From the NCBI GenBank assembly GCA_037447605.1, contig CM074820.1:1550001-1614000 (forward strand): 64,000 bases of DNA. Direction: 5' to 3'. This DNA is from Zygnema circumcarinatum SAG 698-1b. Lineage: Eukaryota > Plantae > Zygnematophyceae. Under the pieces are notes generated by a model. That model was given only the letters and a program-made list of their open reading frames with translations. It searched no databases and was not told the DNA's origin. Positions 1 through 11,999 of this stretch are shown here, piece after piece. A program made the translations under genes and the position numbers. Within the stretch, counting starts at the first letter, position 1. The number at the start of each line of letters is the position of its first letter.

Positions 1-480
1 TGGGGGGATGGGGGATGGGGAGGGGGTTTTAGCACGCATTAAACTTGTTGTATTCTTAAACTGCCAGGGAGTGTGGCGTCGCCGCAAAACTCAAGGAGCC
101 CCAATGTGGTCAACGTCATGTGAGTAGGCCTTCTTCAAACTAGCCACAAACGCACCAGTTTTTAGAATTATATTCAGCGCACGATGAATTGGAATGTAAA
201 GAAACTGCAAACTCGAAACATGTAGGTAAAAGTCGAAACTATCTATTATAAACTCAGAAAGTACGTCTGTCACGTGGTAAATTGGTCCTCAAGTATGGTG
301 TTTAAACCATGGTCTGCGGCCAATTATTGCTCCTGCGTACATAAGATAACACTTGTAGGAAGATGGGCTTGAGGAAGTGCCAACATGTGTCTGTGACTTT
401 ACTTCGGTCTCCCTTCCATTCTCAGACATGGCTATCCTTCGGACCCAACTGCTGCCCCTCTCCCTCTCTTTCTCAGAACC

Positions 481-2855
481 ATGCTTAGACCTGTTGACCA
501 TCCTGAACCCTCTCTCCCGCCCCTACCCACCAGCCGTTCTTTCCAGGTCCCAAAGAGAAAGCTGCTCTCCCTCGCTTCTCCAACTTGGCGTCGTCCTCCT
601 CCAACTTCACCCCCTCTTCAATATAAGATAATTCCTCTCTCCAGTAGCTTTCGTAGACCCCCCCCTGCAAAACCTCCTGTAGACCCCCCAAAACCTCCGT
701 AGACCCCCTGCAAACCCCTTTCGTAGACCCCCTGCAAAACCCTCCGTAGACCCCTGCCAAACCCCCTTCTGTAGACCCCCTGTAAAACCCCTCCGTAGAC
801 CCCCTGTAAAACCCCTCCGTAGACCCCCCCCTGCAAAACCCCTCCGTAGACCTCCCCCTAGGCGGCCTCCCCCCCGCAGCCCTCCCCCAAGGCGCCCTCC
901 CCCACGAAGCCCTCCCCCTAGGCTGCCCCCCCCCAGTAGACCCCCCCCCGGGCGGCCCCCTCCCCGGAGCCCCCCCCCCAGCCCCCCTCCCCCTTCCCCC
1001 CCTTCCCCCCCTCCTGCTCCACCTCCCCCATTCGTCAAATTCCGGCCCTTCCCACCTGCTCCTCCCTTTGACAATAGTACCTTCGATGAGGCGATGGAGA
1101 TGCCCTCCCTCCTCAGCTCATATAATGCTGGCAACGTTGCCATCCGGGATTCCTGGGTAAAACTTACATTCAATGCTGATGGAGGTCAGCAATGCGATCT
1201 CTTAACCTTGAAAGCCTACTCCTGTTCTCTCTCTTCCTCTTTCTCTGTTACTCACCCTCTGCTTCTCTTTTCTTGCTCACGCTCTCGATTGATGTTGCCT
1301 GTGCAGGGGCACGCTGGCAGACAAAGACGTACACTTCAGGGCTCTTCCGGGCAGCCATCACTTGTCCTGCAGGAAATGCCTCCGGACTTCTCACAAGCTT
1401 CTTTGTCAGTAGCTCCTAACCACGTTGCTCTTTACTTTACTCGAGGCACGGACTATCCATATCTCAAACTTTCCCTCGAATGCTTCACCACTCATGCAAC
1501 TCCCATCCCTATTTGTTTAATCAAAGAACCGGCATTTACGAAATTGTGTCATGTGGAGTTCTATGTAACAGTTGGAGACACATCCCAGCGCAGAGAGCCC
1601 ATCTGGACTTGGCTTCGAATTTCCGGGACTCCATTCCAATTGGGTGTATGCAACATGGACTGTTGGAGGGGTGAAATCGAGTGCGCTTATGGGCCTCAGC
1701 TTTGACTGCTCCGTGGAAACTCACGTATTCAGCATTTACTGGACCCCCGAGTACTCTGCGTGAGTGAAAGCTCAAACTTCAGAGCACTAAAGTCATTCAT
1801 AATGTGCTACAAATTTAGGATATCGTAATGTTTCAAGAATCTTGGTGTTCACACGGCCGATGCTGTGCTTTTAGTATTCAAGCTTTGAGGTTTGTAAGAT
1901 TCTTATGGAAGTGTCGGCGGGATCGACAGGATGCTGCAGATTTAGAGTTTGCAGGTTGCCAGTCATTTTCACGTTTTTCAAAGGATTGGAGTTTTTGAGG
2001 GTTGACGGTCGGCCAATTTGGGCGATGCAGGTGGTTTGTAGATCAGGTAATGGTGTACGCGAAGGTCAATATCGTGGGCAAGCCATACGTAACTTCGCCT
2101 CTTTATCTCTTTGGATCCATTGAAGATGGGTCCTCCATCAATGGCGGGAAGTATGCAGGCGTGCTTTTAGACAGCACAAAGCGCTCTTTTTTTGCAAATT
2201 TCAGTGGTAAGTTTGCCTCTGAACCCCAAGTCCTTCCCATTGCTGTAATGCAGAGCAGAGAAGGAACTTCATGCTTAAGTCATGCTTGAGCCCTAAGATA
2301 TTTACAAGTTTAAGGCCGACAATACGAAATCCAAAATCGTCAGAAGTCATAAAATACATTCATTTTTTTCGGCTGCCTAAATGTCTGATGAGTTACTTGA
2401 ACTCAACTTGCAGGAGTGGCTGTTCTTTCTCCTCTTGAACCTCCGTCGGCCGCACCCCCCCCCCCCNNNNNNNNNNTTACTAACCCCTGCCCCCCGTGTC
2501 TACCCTCCACCCCCCACCCCCCCCCCCCACTCCTCCCCTCTCCCCTCTCGCCTCTCCCCTCTCCCCTCTCCCCTCTCCCCTCTCCCCCCCTCCCTTTCCC
2601 CCCCTCCCTCTCCCCCTCCCTCTCCCTCTCCCCAGATGGTACGTCGACGGCCAGGCGGTGCGCATGGTGGTGAACACGGGCGCATCGGACGGCGGGCTGT
2701 TCCCCAAAAAGGCGCTGTACGTGTACGGATCGCTGTGGGACGCGTCCTGGATCTGCGGGGGGTGCTGGGCGGGCCGCCGCAGCAACGCGACGCTCGGGGA
2801 GGACTTCGTCTTCTACGCGCGCTTCCGCAACATGCGCGTGCTCTCGCCTGTCTGA
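481..2855 (+). CDS. EG16: Multi-domain GH16/EG16 paralogue 1: Pro-rich extensin-like region, degenerate GH16 domain, then EG16 domain whose middle exons are lost in an assembly gap; 5' end unresolved
   Basis: Spliced exons give ...[41 protein letters not shown]|GARWQTKTYTSGLFRAAITCPAGNASGLLTSFF|LETHPSAESPSGLGFEFPG...GLSFDCS...WTPEYSA|WFVDQVMV...FANFS|GVAVLSPLEPPSAAPPP [N gap 2467-2476] ...WYVDGQAVR...[20 protein letters not shown]...RVLSPV*. Motifs GARW, CP.GN.SG, LGFDCS and YASLWDAS match the plant EG16 subfamily of GH16 (from recalled family motifs). Exon structure matches the paralogue at 5904-11999. Confidence 0.85.
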
Positions 2856-4084
2856 CGACCGGGCCTAAAACCCTGAAAACCCTAAAAACCCTAAAACCCT
2901 AAAAACCCTAAGGCCCCTTCAGCCAAAGTCCAAACATGGCCAGCATGGCACTGTCTGACTGCTGCATACAAAATGAGGGTGAGGAAGCTGGAAAGGAGAG
3001 GGAACGAAGAATGGAGGAGGGATGGGAGGGGGAAGCACTCATTGAAGGCCGGATGTTGGAGTCGATGTGTTTTCACTTTCGTGCTTTTGCAGTAGGGTAT
3101 GGGCCGGAACTGCCATTGCGGCGATCCTGCTAAGCGGAAGCCAATCAAGGTTTGCTACGCCTGCAAGCATTTTGCTGGACGATTGGTCCAATTTTTAGAG
3201 GGCACCCTCAAAAGTGCTCGCCATGTGTGTACTCAGCGATTATATGAGGAGACATGGCAAAACAAATCTTTATTCGTTTTAGGGTTTTAGGCTGAAGTTC
3301 CACCGTATGCTTCGCCAATTTAATTCTCTTAGGGTACTTTTAGCAGTATCGCACTAAAGGATATTAGATTCATTAAGATGTTCATGATTCTTTGAATTAG
3401 AAACGGCACGGAACTGAGAAACCTTATCGGGATTGGTGTGGCCTTTTTGGGCTCGCTGAAAAAGATTTTTTATTTAAAGGTTTGAGGATCTTCATCATCA
3501 TAGCTCGATGACTGTGATAGGCCTCTGCACGTAAGTTGTCAGTGCGTATGCACGCGAATTTTATCAATAAAGCATGTCCAATTCTTGATGGCTGTACTGT
3601 TTAACAGACTCTGTGCGCCTCTCCTTTCCCCTCTCTCTCTCTCTCTCCCTCAACTCTCCTCTCGCCTCTCTCTCTCTCTCTCCCTCAACTCTCCTCTCGC
3701 CTCTCTCTCTCTCTCCTCTCACCTCTCTCTCTCCTCTCTCTCTCTTCTCGCCTCTCGCCTCTCTCCTCTCTCCGCTCTCCTCTCTCTCCTCTCTCTATTC
3801 GTAGTGAATGCGGTTGCGCTTTCTCTAACATAAGCAGCTGCCAACCGGGGAGAGAAGAGCGGCAGGGCGATGATAAGTGAGCAAGGCATTGGGAGGAGGG
3901 CGGCTTGCTTGTTTGAGAAGGTTTTCATGGCAGGGGGGTTGTGCGGTACGGCATGCCTCGCTCACTTGACTAAAGCCTTCATCCTAAAGGGAGTTCAATG
4001 TAACGTGGGGCGACGGCTTAGCCGCTGTGTTTGCTGAGTCTCATACATGACTCGATTTTTTACTCATATCAATTTTTTTCTTTT

Positions 4085-4180
4085 GTCCTTAGGTCCTTCA
4101 TGACCAGTTCCTCGTGGTTCGCCGCTGTGATCTTGTTCATGTACATTTGATGGCATCATCGCCATCGTGAGATCAATGCG
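4085..4180 (+). repeat. Dispersed ~90-bp repeat, copy 1 (related copies at ~13690-13770 and ~35610-35700)
   Basis: aggtcct...gaccagttcctcgtggttc...catgtacatttgatggc...cgccatcgtgagatcaat is nearly identical at 35612-35700 and more diverged inside the TIR element at ~13690-13770. Confidence 0.75.
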
Positions 4181-4544
4181 ACATCATTCCATTTGCAAAT
4201 TCTTGGTTTTTTTTTTTTTTCTATGAGCAGTGCTGAAGTCATCTATCTGCAGGCTTGAGCCTGACCCATCGGAGGATGGTTCGCGCTTTCATGGTCCAAG
4301 GTTGAATGAATGCATGCGGATGTTATTCAACATCTGCTCATGTACTTTCGCACGCGCGGACGGTTGAACGAGTTGGGGACGGGGACGTTGAATAATTCGG
4401 GTGTCGCTTTCGTGCCCGAATGGGAAAATGGGGTAAACTGACGAGATCCAAACTATCTAACCAAACAACGACACGTGGCACTCCGCGTTCCTCCCTCTCC
4501 ACGCGGTCCGCGCTTTCGTGAAGTCGCGCGCGGTTAGAGTAGAG

Positions 4545-4790
4545 GGTTAAGCGTTTAGGGTTGAGGGTTCAAGGTTCAGGGTTCAGGGTTTAGGCTTTAA
4601 GGTTCAGGGTTTAAGGTTCAGGGTTCAGGGTTTAAGGTTCACGGTTTAGGGTTAAGGGTATAGGGTTCAGAGTTAGGGTTCAGGGTTTAGGATTAGGGTT
4701 CAGGGTTTAGGGTTTCGGCTTCGGGTTTAGGGTTTAGGTTAAGGTTTTAGGTTTTAGGGTGCAGAGTTACGGTAAGGGTGGGTTCTTCGA
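4545..4790. repeat. Degenerate interstitial telomere-like array (TTTAGGG / GGGTTCAG), G-rich on + strand
   Basis: Run of tttaggg, gggttcag and gggtttag variants in the spacer between the two EG16 genes. Confidence 0.85.
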
Positions 4791-5903
4791 AATGAACGAA
4801 CTATGATGGATTGTGATGCTGCGAGTTGTACGGAAGGTGTAAGGACAGATGTACGGACGGTAGTAAAAAATTATACGGACGAAAGGGATCGCACGTGTGA
4901 GAGAATTCAAAAGGGTCCGAGGAATAGAAATGTAAGGTGAAACGTCGCAAATGTACGAGCTTCAGGAAGAAGGATTCAGAAAGGAGCGTTCAGAGCGTCT
5001 CTGATGAAATAAAGAGTCTTTATGAGATCTATGCTTGTCCAATGGGAGTGAGTGTTGTGATCATTATGTGTATGCTGTAAATTGGAATTTGTCATTTCCC
5101 TTCACACGAACTCTCCGCCGCAGTTTCCAACTTTTTCATTCAACTAAATGAGCAAAGTTGGACCATGGAAACGCATCCTAAGCATTGGCGGTTTGGGGCA
5201 TGCGACGTGGAGTCAAAATGGCTCGATGTACTTGAAACGACGTTGAGGGGGAGGGAGAGAGTGAGGAGGGGGGAAGGAGGGAAAGAGAGAGAGGGGAGGG
5301 GGAGGGGGAGGGGGAGGGGGAGGGGGAGGGAGAAGGGGGGAGAGGAGGCGAAGAATAATGGAGGGCGTGGAAGTGTTGTGGGAGGGGAGGGCTCCTTCAC
5401 TCCGGAAGCGTGACTATGCGGTACGGGTTAGAGCAGTAAATCTTACCAATCATTTGCTTTCCGGAAAGGAAATCAAAACCTGTACGGCACTGTTTAGGCA
5501 GCAGTGGATCTTCTTCGCAAAAGAGTACGCGTTTCAGGTTCCTTTACAATGATGGAGTTTTCGACGATGACCCCCCCAAGCGAGGAGACTATGAATTAAT
5601 TAAAAAGGAGAAAGCAAACATAAAGTACAGTAGCTATTGCTTGCTGGGCCTCCGCGAATGATGAACTACCGAGGATATATCCTTTTAGCGAAGGAAGAGT
5701 TGCTGGTTAATTGTTTTCCAGTCGGTGAATAAATTTACGCTTTGAGTATCTTATTGACGGTGCCCCTGAGGACTCTAATTCGAAGATAGTCGGTGGCGAT
5801 TGAGGACTTTTGTTCCAAAAGAAAAGTGGATCCGTGGTGGATCCAGGGTTTTTGCTGAGGGGCGCTGAACCCTCTTTCAGAAGCAGTACGGGGCAGTTTG
5901 CCC

Positions 5904-8900
5904 TCATAGCGGCGTGACGATGCGCATGTCTCGGTACCGCGCGAAGAAGGCGAAGGACGGGTCCCGCGTGGCGGGCGCGCGCAGGCCCGTCCAGCAGCCG
6001 CCGCAGATCCAGGACGCGTCCCACAGCGACGCGTACACGTACATCGCGCGCGTGGGGAACGGCTGGCCGTCCGATGCGTCGGTGTTCACGACCATGCGCA
6101 CCGCTCGGCCGTCGATGTACCATCTGAGGGGAGAGTGGGGTTTTAGGGGGAGTTGCGCGGGGAGGGGGGGGGCGGAGGTGTAAGCGGTGGGACGGGCAGT
6201 TATGGAAGGAGTTTGGGGGAGGGAGGGGTTGGGGAGAGGGTGAGGAAGGAGAGGGGGAGTGAAGGCAGAGAGTGAACGAGGGAGGGAGCGAGTTACGGGG
6301 AGTAATGAAAGGAGTTTGGGGGGAGGGAGGGGTTGGGGAGAGGGGGAGAGAAGGCAGGGAGTGAACGAGGGAAGGAGCGAGTTAGGGAGAGATGAAGGAG
6401 GGAAAGGGATATAGTGAAAAAGAGGAATGGACCTATGGAAAGAATGGAGGGAAAAAGGGGGGAAAGCATGAAGGGAGACAGTTGGGGAAGGAATGAAGGG
6501 AAAGAGAGAGAGCGAGGAGGGCGGGGTGGACTGGAGTGCGAGAGGGAGATGAAGGGGAATGGAGGGATGGAGGAAGGGGGGACAGGGAGGGAGGGGCAGG
6601 GGAAGGGAGAAAGAAGAGAAGAAGAACGAGGGAGGGGGAATTGGAGGGGGAGGGAGTGGGAGAGGGACAGGGGGAGGGGAAAGAGAGGGAGAGGGAGTGG
6701 AAGAGCTCGAGATAAAGAAAAGAAACGGGAGATACAGAAGCGAGAGGGATGAGGGCAAAAGTAGGAACGGGCCAGGACATATGAGAGAAGAGAAGCAAGG
6801 GGACATCGCCTTACATGATATGATATTCGTTCCATTCGATGGCATAGTTGTGGAATGCCTCCGAGCAGTCGTAGCCAAGGTCATGCCAGACTTCGTGACC
6901 TCCGATCCCATTAACATAATAATTGGACTGAATGATACTCTTATTTTTTCCAATGAATTCAAAATCAATTTCGTCTTGGTTGCCGGAGCCTTCCTGCGTA
7001 GATGTCTGCAGCATCGAGTACATCCGCAAAATGTTCAAAATGTTAGAGTTTCAAGACCTTTGTCAGGACTTTTCCAAGTTTGTATTGTTAATACATTCCC
7101 TTGGTCTTGAGATTTTTCCTTTCTCATTGTCCGCAGGCCTTCATAGTTAGTTATACGAATTGTAAACTGGTCGTTCTTCGACTGTACAATTATCGATCAA
7201 TGAGAACATTTCCCAGTTCTCCTCCTGTTAATCCCCAGACTGAGAATGGGGTGTAGGAACTGACATAGAAACTGGTGATCATGCCGCTCGTGTCATTATC
7301 AGGGCATTTGATGTCAGCGCTGATCAGACCGCTTTTGTAGCGAACCATCGACTGAAACCGAGACCCTGCCATCACATATGTGCCAACACAACTGCCATGA
7401 GGGAAGAGTGACTTCATATTTCAGGAAGGGTTTTCTAATTCCTTTTGGCGTTATTGGATTAGAGATTCTCGAGAAACAGTGCGCAAGGGGATTGAGCTGT
7501 AGAGCAACGGAGAAGGTGAAGAGGCAGGAGTGGGAGAGCGAGGGTGAGGGAGAGGGAGATGGAGAGGGAGAGGGAGAGAAAGGGGAAGAGTTAGGTAGGG
7601 AGGGAGGGAGGGAGTGGGATGAGGGATCAGTCAGGGTAAAGTGCTCACCACAATATCTGTCGAAACGAATGTCGACGTTTCCGCTCATGTTGCTCGCTCT
7701 GCATCCCTCACAGTTTCCGCTGCAATAGTTTGACTGTACCGGCGCTAACACGTCGCCACCTGACGGCGGGGGAGTGTCTGGCAGGGCGGAGGGCGGGGGG
7801 GGGGGCAGCGGAGGGCCAACAGGAGAAAGAAAAGACACTCCTGCAAGTCGACTCCAGGATACCAAAATTTCAAATTTCAGGCAGGCGATATAGAAACCGG
7901 TTATGAAGTTTTTGGCTGTGTCGGACTTTTGGTTTGTCGGCCTTATAAAACATTGGTGAATTTTCCGCGCCAAGTATTTGAAGTCTCCTGCATCTTCCCT
8001 ACTCTGTTCTATGTTGAAGATGGGAGGAAGGAAGGTAGGATTTGTGATATCGACTCACCCCTGAAGAAGGCATAAAAGTTGGAAGAGGTGCTGCCTGAAA
8101 ACACGCCTGCATACTCCCCGCCATTGATGGATGATCCGTCTTCAATGGACCCAAAGAGATAGAGGGGCGAAGTGATGTAATCGTTGCCTGGAATGTTGAG
8201 CTTTGCATGCACCATCACTTGGTCCACAAACCATCTGCATCACGCCCATTACCCAAGTCATCACACCCTAAATTCAGTAGAAACTTTAGAGACTTAAAGC
8301 CCTAAACCTCTCAAAAACCTTGACAAGTTGTAAACATTCAAGTGTGGAGCACACAATCAAATGTCGTATGCGCTTTTGTGGGAATCTTTCAAGCTTCAAA
8401 GCTTGGAAACTCAAACTCCAAGAAGCCACATAAGAACACGAAGATTTCAATACCCTGCAAAACCCTAAGATGGAAGCCCATTATCGATCAATACAGCGCG
8501 TTTGATCCTTCAAACTCACGCTGAGTAATCTGGGCCCCAATAAATGCTGAATAAGTGGCCTTTTGCTGAGCAATCAAAGCCGAGTCCGATAACTGCACTC
8601 CACTTCTGTCCTCCGAAAGTCCATGTTGCATACACCGTAGTGGAACTATCTCCCGGGAAGTCGAATCCAAGACCAGAGCTGGTTTCTACGTTGGGATGTG
8701 TCTCCAACTGTTGCATAAACGCCATTGATACAGTCATGAAGGGAAAACCAATTGGTTTTTGAAGGAGGACGGGAGCAGATGCGACAGCATTCGGGAAAAA
8801 ACTCACAGATTGGCACACAAACATTGACCTTTTTTTTACTCTTTTCTCAAATGGCTCAAGATTTGCTCGTTTGAACGTGAGCGATGTGATTACGGGCTAC

Positions 8901-11900
8901 TGACATAGAAGCTTGTTAGGAGACCGGAGGAAGCTCCTGCAGGGCAAGTTATGGTTGCCTGGAAGAGCCCTGAAGTGTACGAATTCGTCTGCCAGCGCGC
9001 ACCTGTAGCGGGAGAGGGAGAGGGAGGGGTAGAGGAAGAGGCAGAGAGAAGGCAAGGAACAGAAAGGAAGAGAGAGAGAAAGGGTTGGAGCTTAGAGACG
9101 GAGATAGAGGAGGGGAGAAGGAGAGGGAAAGCATAAGGAACTACATATTTGACTCTTATGAATAATCCATTGGCAACAAAGGCTTGCTCTCAGTAGCATT
9201 CGAATTCTTCATCTATTACACTGATACAAGTGTTCAGTCGGCCCATTGCTGACCTCCACTATCGTTGTATGTGAGCTTAACAGAGGTCGCTCCAATGAAG
9301 ACATTGTCGGCATTGTAGGAGCTGAGGAGGGAGGGTACCACTCGGGCCTCATAGAACATATTGGGGTTCAGAGGGGGGGCGGGAGGGAACGGCGGAAAGG
9401 TGAAGTTTTTGGGGGCTGGGGGGGGGGGAGGTATGGGAGGGGAGGGATAAGGTTTGGGGGGTGGCTTGGAAGGAGGTATGGGAGGGGAGGGATAAGATCC
9501 GGGAGCTGGCTGGGGGGGAGGTATGGAAGAGGAGGGATAAGGTTTGGGGGCTAGCTGCGGGGGAGGTATGGGAGGGGAGGGATAAGGGTTGGGGGCTGGC
9601 TGGGGGGGGGGTATGGGCCGGGGGGGATAAGGGTTGGAGGTTGGCTGGGGGGCAGAGGTGGAAGTACGTTTGGGCGGAGGGGGTTTAGGTTTGGGAGGGG
9701 AAGGCGAAGGCTTGGGAGGATGGAATGTAAATTTGGGAGGGGGGGGTTTAAGTTTGAATGGAGGAGGTTTAGGTTTGGGAGGGGAAGATGTAGGTTTGGG
9801 AAGTGGAGGGTTATGTTTGGGAGGGGAGGGTTTCAGTTTGAATGGAGGAGGTTTAGGTTTGGGAGGGGAAGATGTAGGCTTGGGAAGTGGAGGGTTATGT
9901 TTGGGAGGGGAGGGTTTCAGTTTGAATGGAGGAGGTTTAGGTTTGGGAGGGGAAGATGTAGGTTTGGGAAGTGGAGGGTTATGTTTGGGAGGGGAGGGTT
10001 TCAGTTTGAATGGAGGAGGTTTAGGTTTGGGAGGGGAAGATGTAGGCTTGGGAAGTGGAGGGTTATGTTTGGGAGGGGAGGGTTTTCCCCTCCCTCCCTC
10101 CTCCCTCCCTCCTCCTCCCTCCCCTCCCCTCCCTCCTCCCTCCTCCCTCCCCTCCCTCCTCCCTCCCTCCTCCCTCCTCCCTCCCTCCTCCCTCCTCCTC
10201 CCTCCCTCCTCCCTCCTCCCTCCTCCTCCCTCCCTCCTCCCTCCTCCCTCCTCCTCCCTCCCTCCTCCCTCCTCCTCCCTCCCTCCTCCCTCCTCCCTCC
10301 TCCCTCCTCCCTCCTCCTCCCTCCCCTCCCCTCCCTCCTCCCTCCCTCCTCCCTCCCTCCTCCCTCCTCCCTCCTCCCTCCTCCCTCCTCCTCCCTCCCT
10401 CCTCCCTCCTCCTCCCTCCCCTCCCTCCCCTCCCTCCCCTCACCCGAGCGAGCCCGCCACAGCGAGAGGTGCGCGAGGGCCGCCCCTTTGCCCGCGTCCT
10501 CCGCTCCGCCGCGCGCGGAGGAGGAGGCGAAGGCCACCGCGCTGACGTCACTGCGCGCCACGAACTCGAAGGACCGCTCCGTCCACTCCCGCGTCTGCGC
10601 CCGCCACGTGGCACCCCCCCGCCGTCACGCCGTCACGCCTCCCTCCTGGCGGGACCGGACCGGACCGGACCGGACCGGACCGGACCGGACCGGACCGGAC
10701 CGGACCGGACCGGAGCAAGAGGGGGGGGCGCACCATCCTCTCGGCGAAGAAGTCCATCGCGAGCAGCGCCCCCTCGCGGCGGTCCGCGACGGTGAGCAGC
10801 AGCTCCGCGGGGCCGCCCTCCAGCGCCGCCGACTGCACGCGCACGCGCCCGCGGTAGGCCGCGCCACGTGTCGTGCGCACCGCCTGCCACACCGCCTGCC
10901 CGGGCACTGCAGGCCCGCCCACTCGCACTCAGCGGGAGGGAGGGAGGGAGGGAGGGAGGGAGGGAGGGAGGGAGGGAGGGAGGGAGGGAGGGAGGGAGGG
11001 AGGGAGGAGGGAGGGAGGGAGGGAGGGAGGGAGGGAGGGAGGGAGGAGGGAGGGAGGGAGGGAGGGAGGGAGGGAGGGAGGGATGGAGGGAGGGAGGAGG
11101 GAGGGAGGGAGGGAGGGAGGGAGGGAGGAGGGAGGGAGGGAGGGAGGGAGGGAGGGAGGGAGGAGGGAGGGAGGGAGGGAGGGAGGGAGGGAGGGAAGGA
11201 GGGAAGTGAGGGAGGGGATGGAGGGAGGGAGGGAGGGAGGGAGGGAGGGAGGGAGGGGAGGGAGGGAACTCCCGTATGAGGTGGTGCGAACCTGCGGGCA
11301 GGAGCACATAGTGGGAGGCGGCCGAGCGCCCGCGAAGAGAGCGGCTGCTGTCGTTCAGAAACGCCACGTGGCGTCCCGTCACGTGCCACGTGGCGTTAGA
11401 AGATTGGACGAAGTCGCCGTTCTCTATGAGCTCTGCACGGAGAGGAGGGGGTGAAGTTAAGGAGAGGATGGGAGAGGAGACGGAGGGAGCAGGAGGGATA
11501 GGAGGAGAGAATAAAGTGAAGGGGAAGGAGAGCGGGTAGGGAAGGATGATGATTTAAGGTGCGAATGATATATAGGTGGAGACGATCGAGAGGATAAAGG
11601 GAAAGAGTGAGAGACCAATGAAAGTGGGGGAAAGGAGAATATTGGGGAGTATGTTGATTGAGAGAGGAGAGGTGGGAGAGGAGAGATTAGAGGAAAAGCA
11701 GAAGAGAGACACACAGAGTAGGTGAAATGTATATCTTAATTTGTAGAGATAAAGGGGGAAAGTGAGAGTGCGGCAAGAGGGTTATGTATGCATTGTAGAG
11801 AGAGGCGGCCCTCCCTCCCTCCCTCTCTCCCTCCCTCCCTCCCNNNNNNNNNNCCCTCCCTCCCTCCCTCCCTCCCCAATCGCAGTTTCTTGTCCTCACC

Positions 11901-11999
11901 TCCTCCACCGCCGCTACTTCCATAGCAAGCAGTCAGCAGAATCAGAATTGTCAGTTTGAGCGGCAGCCATGGCGGCGTGCTGCAGGGGTTGGAGGCCAT
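5904..11999 (-). CDS. EG16: Secreted multi-domain GH16/EG16 paralogue 2: signal peptide, DUF642/CBM-like beta-sandwich, Pro-rich linker, catalytically dead GH16, intact EG16 domain
   Basis: Exon 1 (11999-11900) [32 protein letters not shown]; exon 2 [20 protein letters not shown]...; then [21 protein letters not shown] and [22 protein letters not shown]...LAHLSLW; Pro-rich repeats 9350-10080; degenerate domain ([23 protein letters not shown]); intact domain GSRFQS...KCPDNDTSG...[24 protein letters not shown]...LGYDCS...WYIDG...YASLWDAS...RIVTPL*. Splice phases are consistent across the GH16 exons. One in-frame TGA (10625-10627) and an abrupt junction near 10085 leave the link to the 5' part less certain. 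Confidence 0.85.
10654..10712. repeat. (GGACC)n pentanucleotide microsatellite in an EG16-2 intron
   Basis: About 11 perfect ggacc units. Confidence 0.9.

Noticed and set aside
61-430. Candidate upstream + strand exons of EG16-1 (68-119, ~293-355) and the 91-273 minus ORF
   Set aside because: Splice phases could not be reconciled with the Pro-rich exon and no homology was recognised.
10625-10627. Selenocysteine recoding of the in-frame TGA
   Set aside because: Not at a redox motif, no SECIS recognised, and it sits in a duplication beside a homopolymer; an error or splice alternative is more likely.
9634-11454. Long + strand Gly/Pro/Arg-rich ORFs (303-519 aa)
   Set aside because: Antisense shadows of the Pro-rich exon and microsatellite introns of EG16-2.
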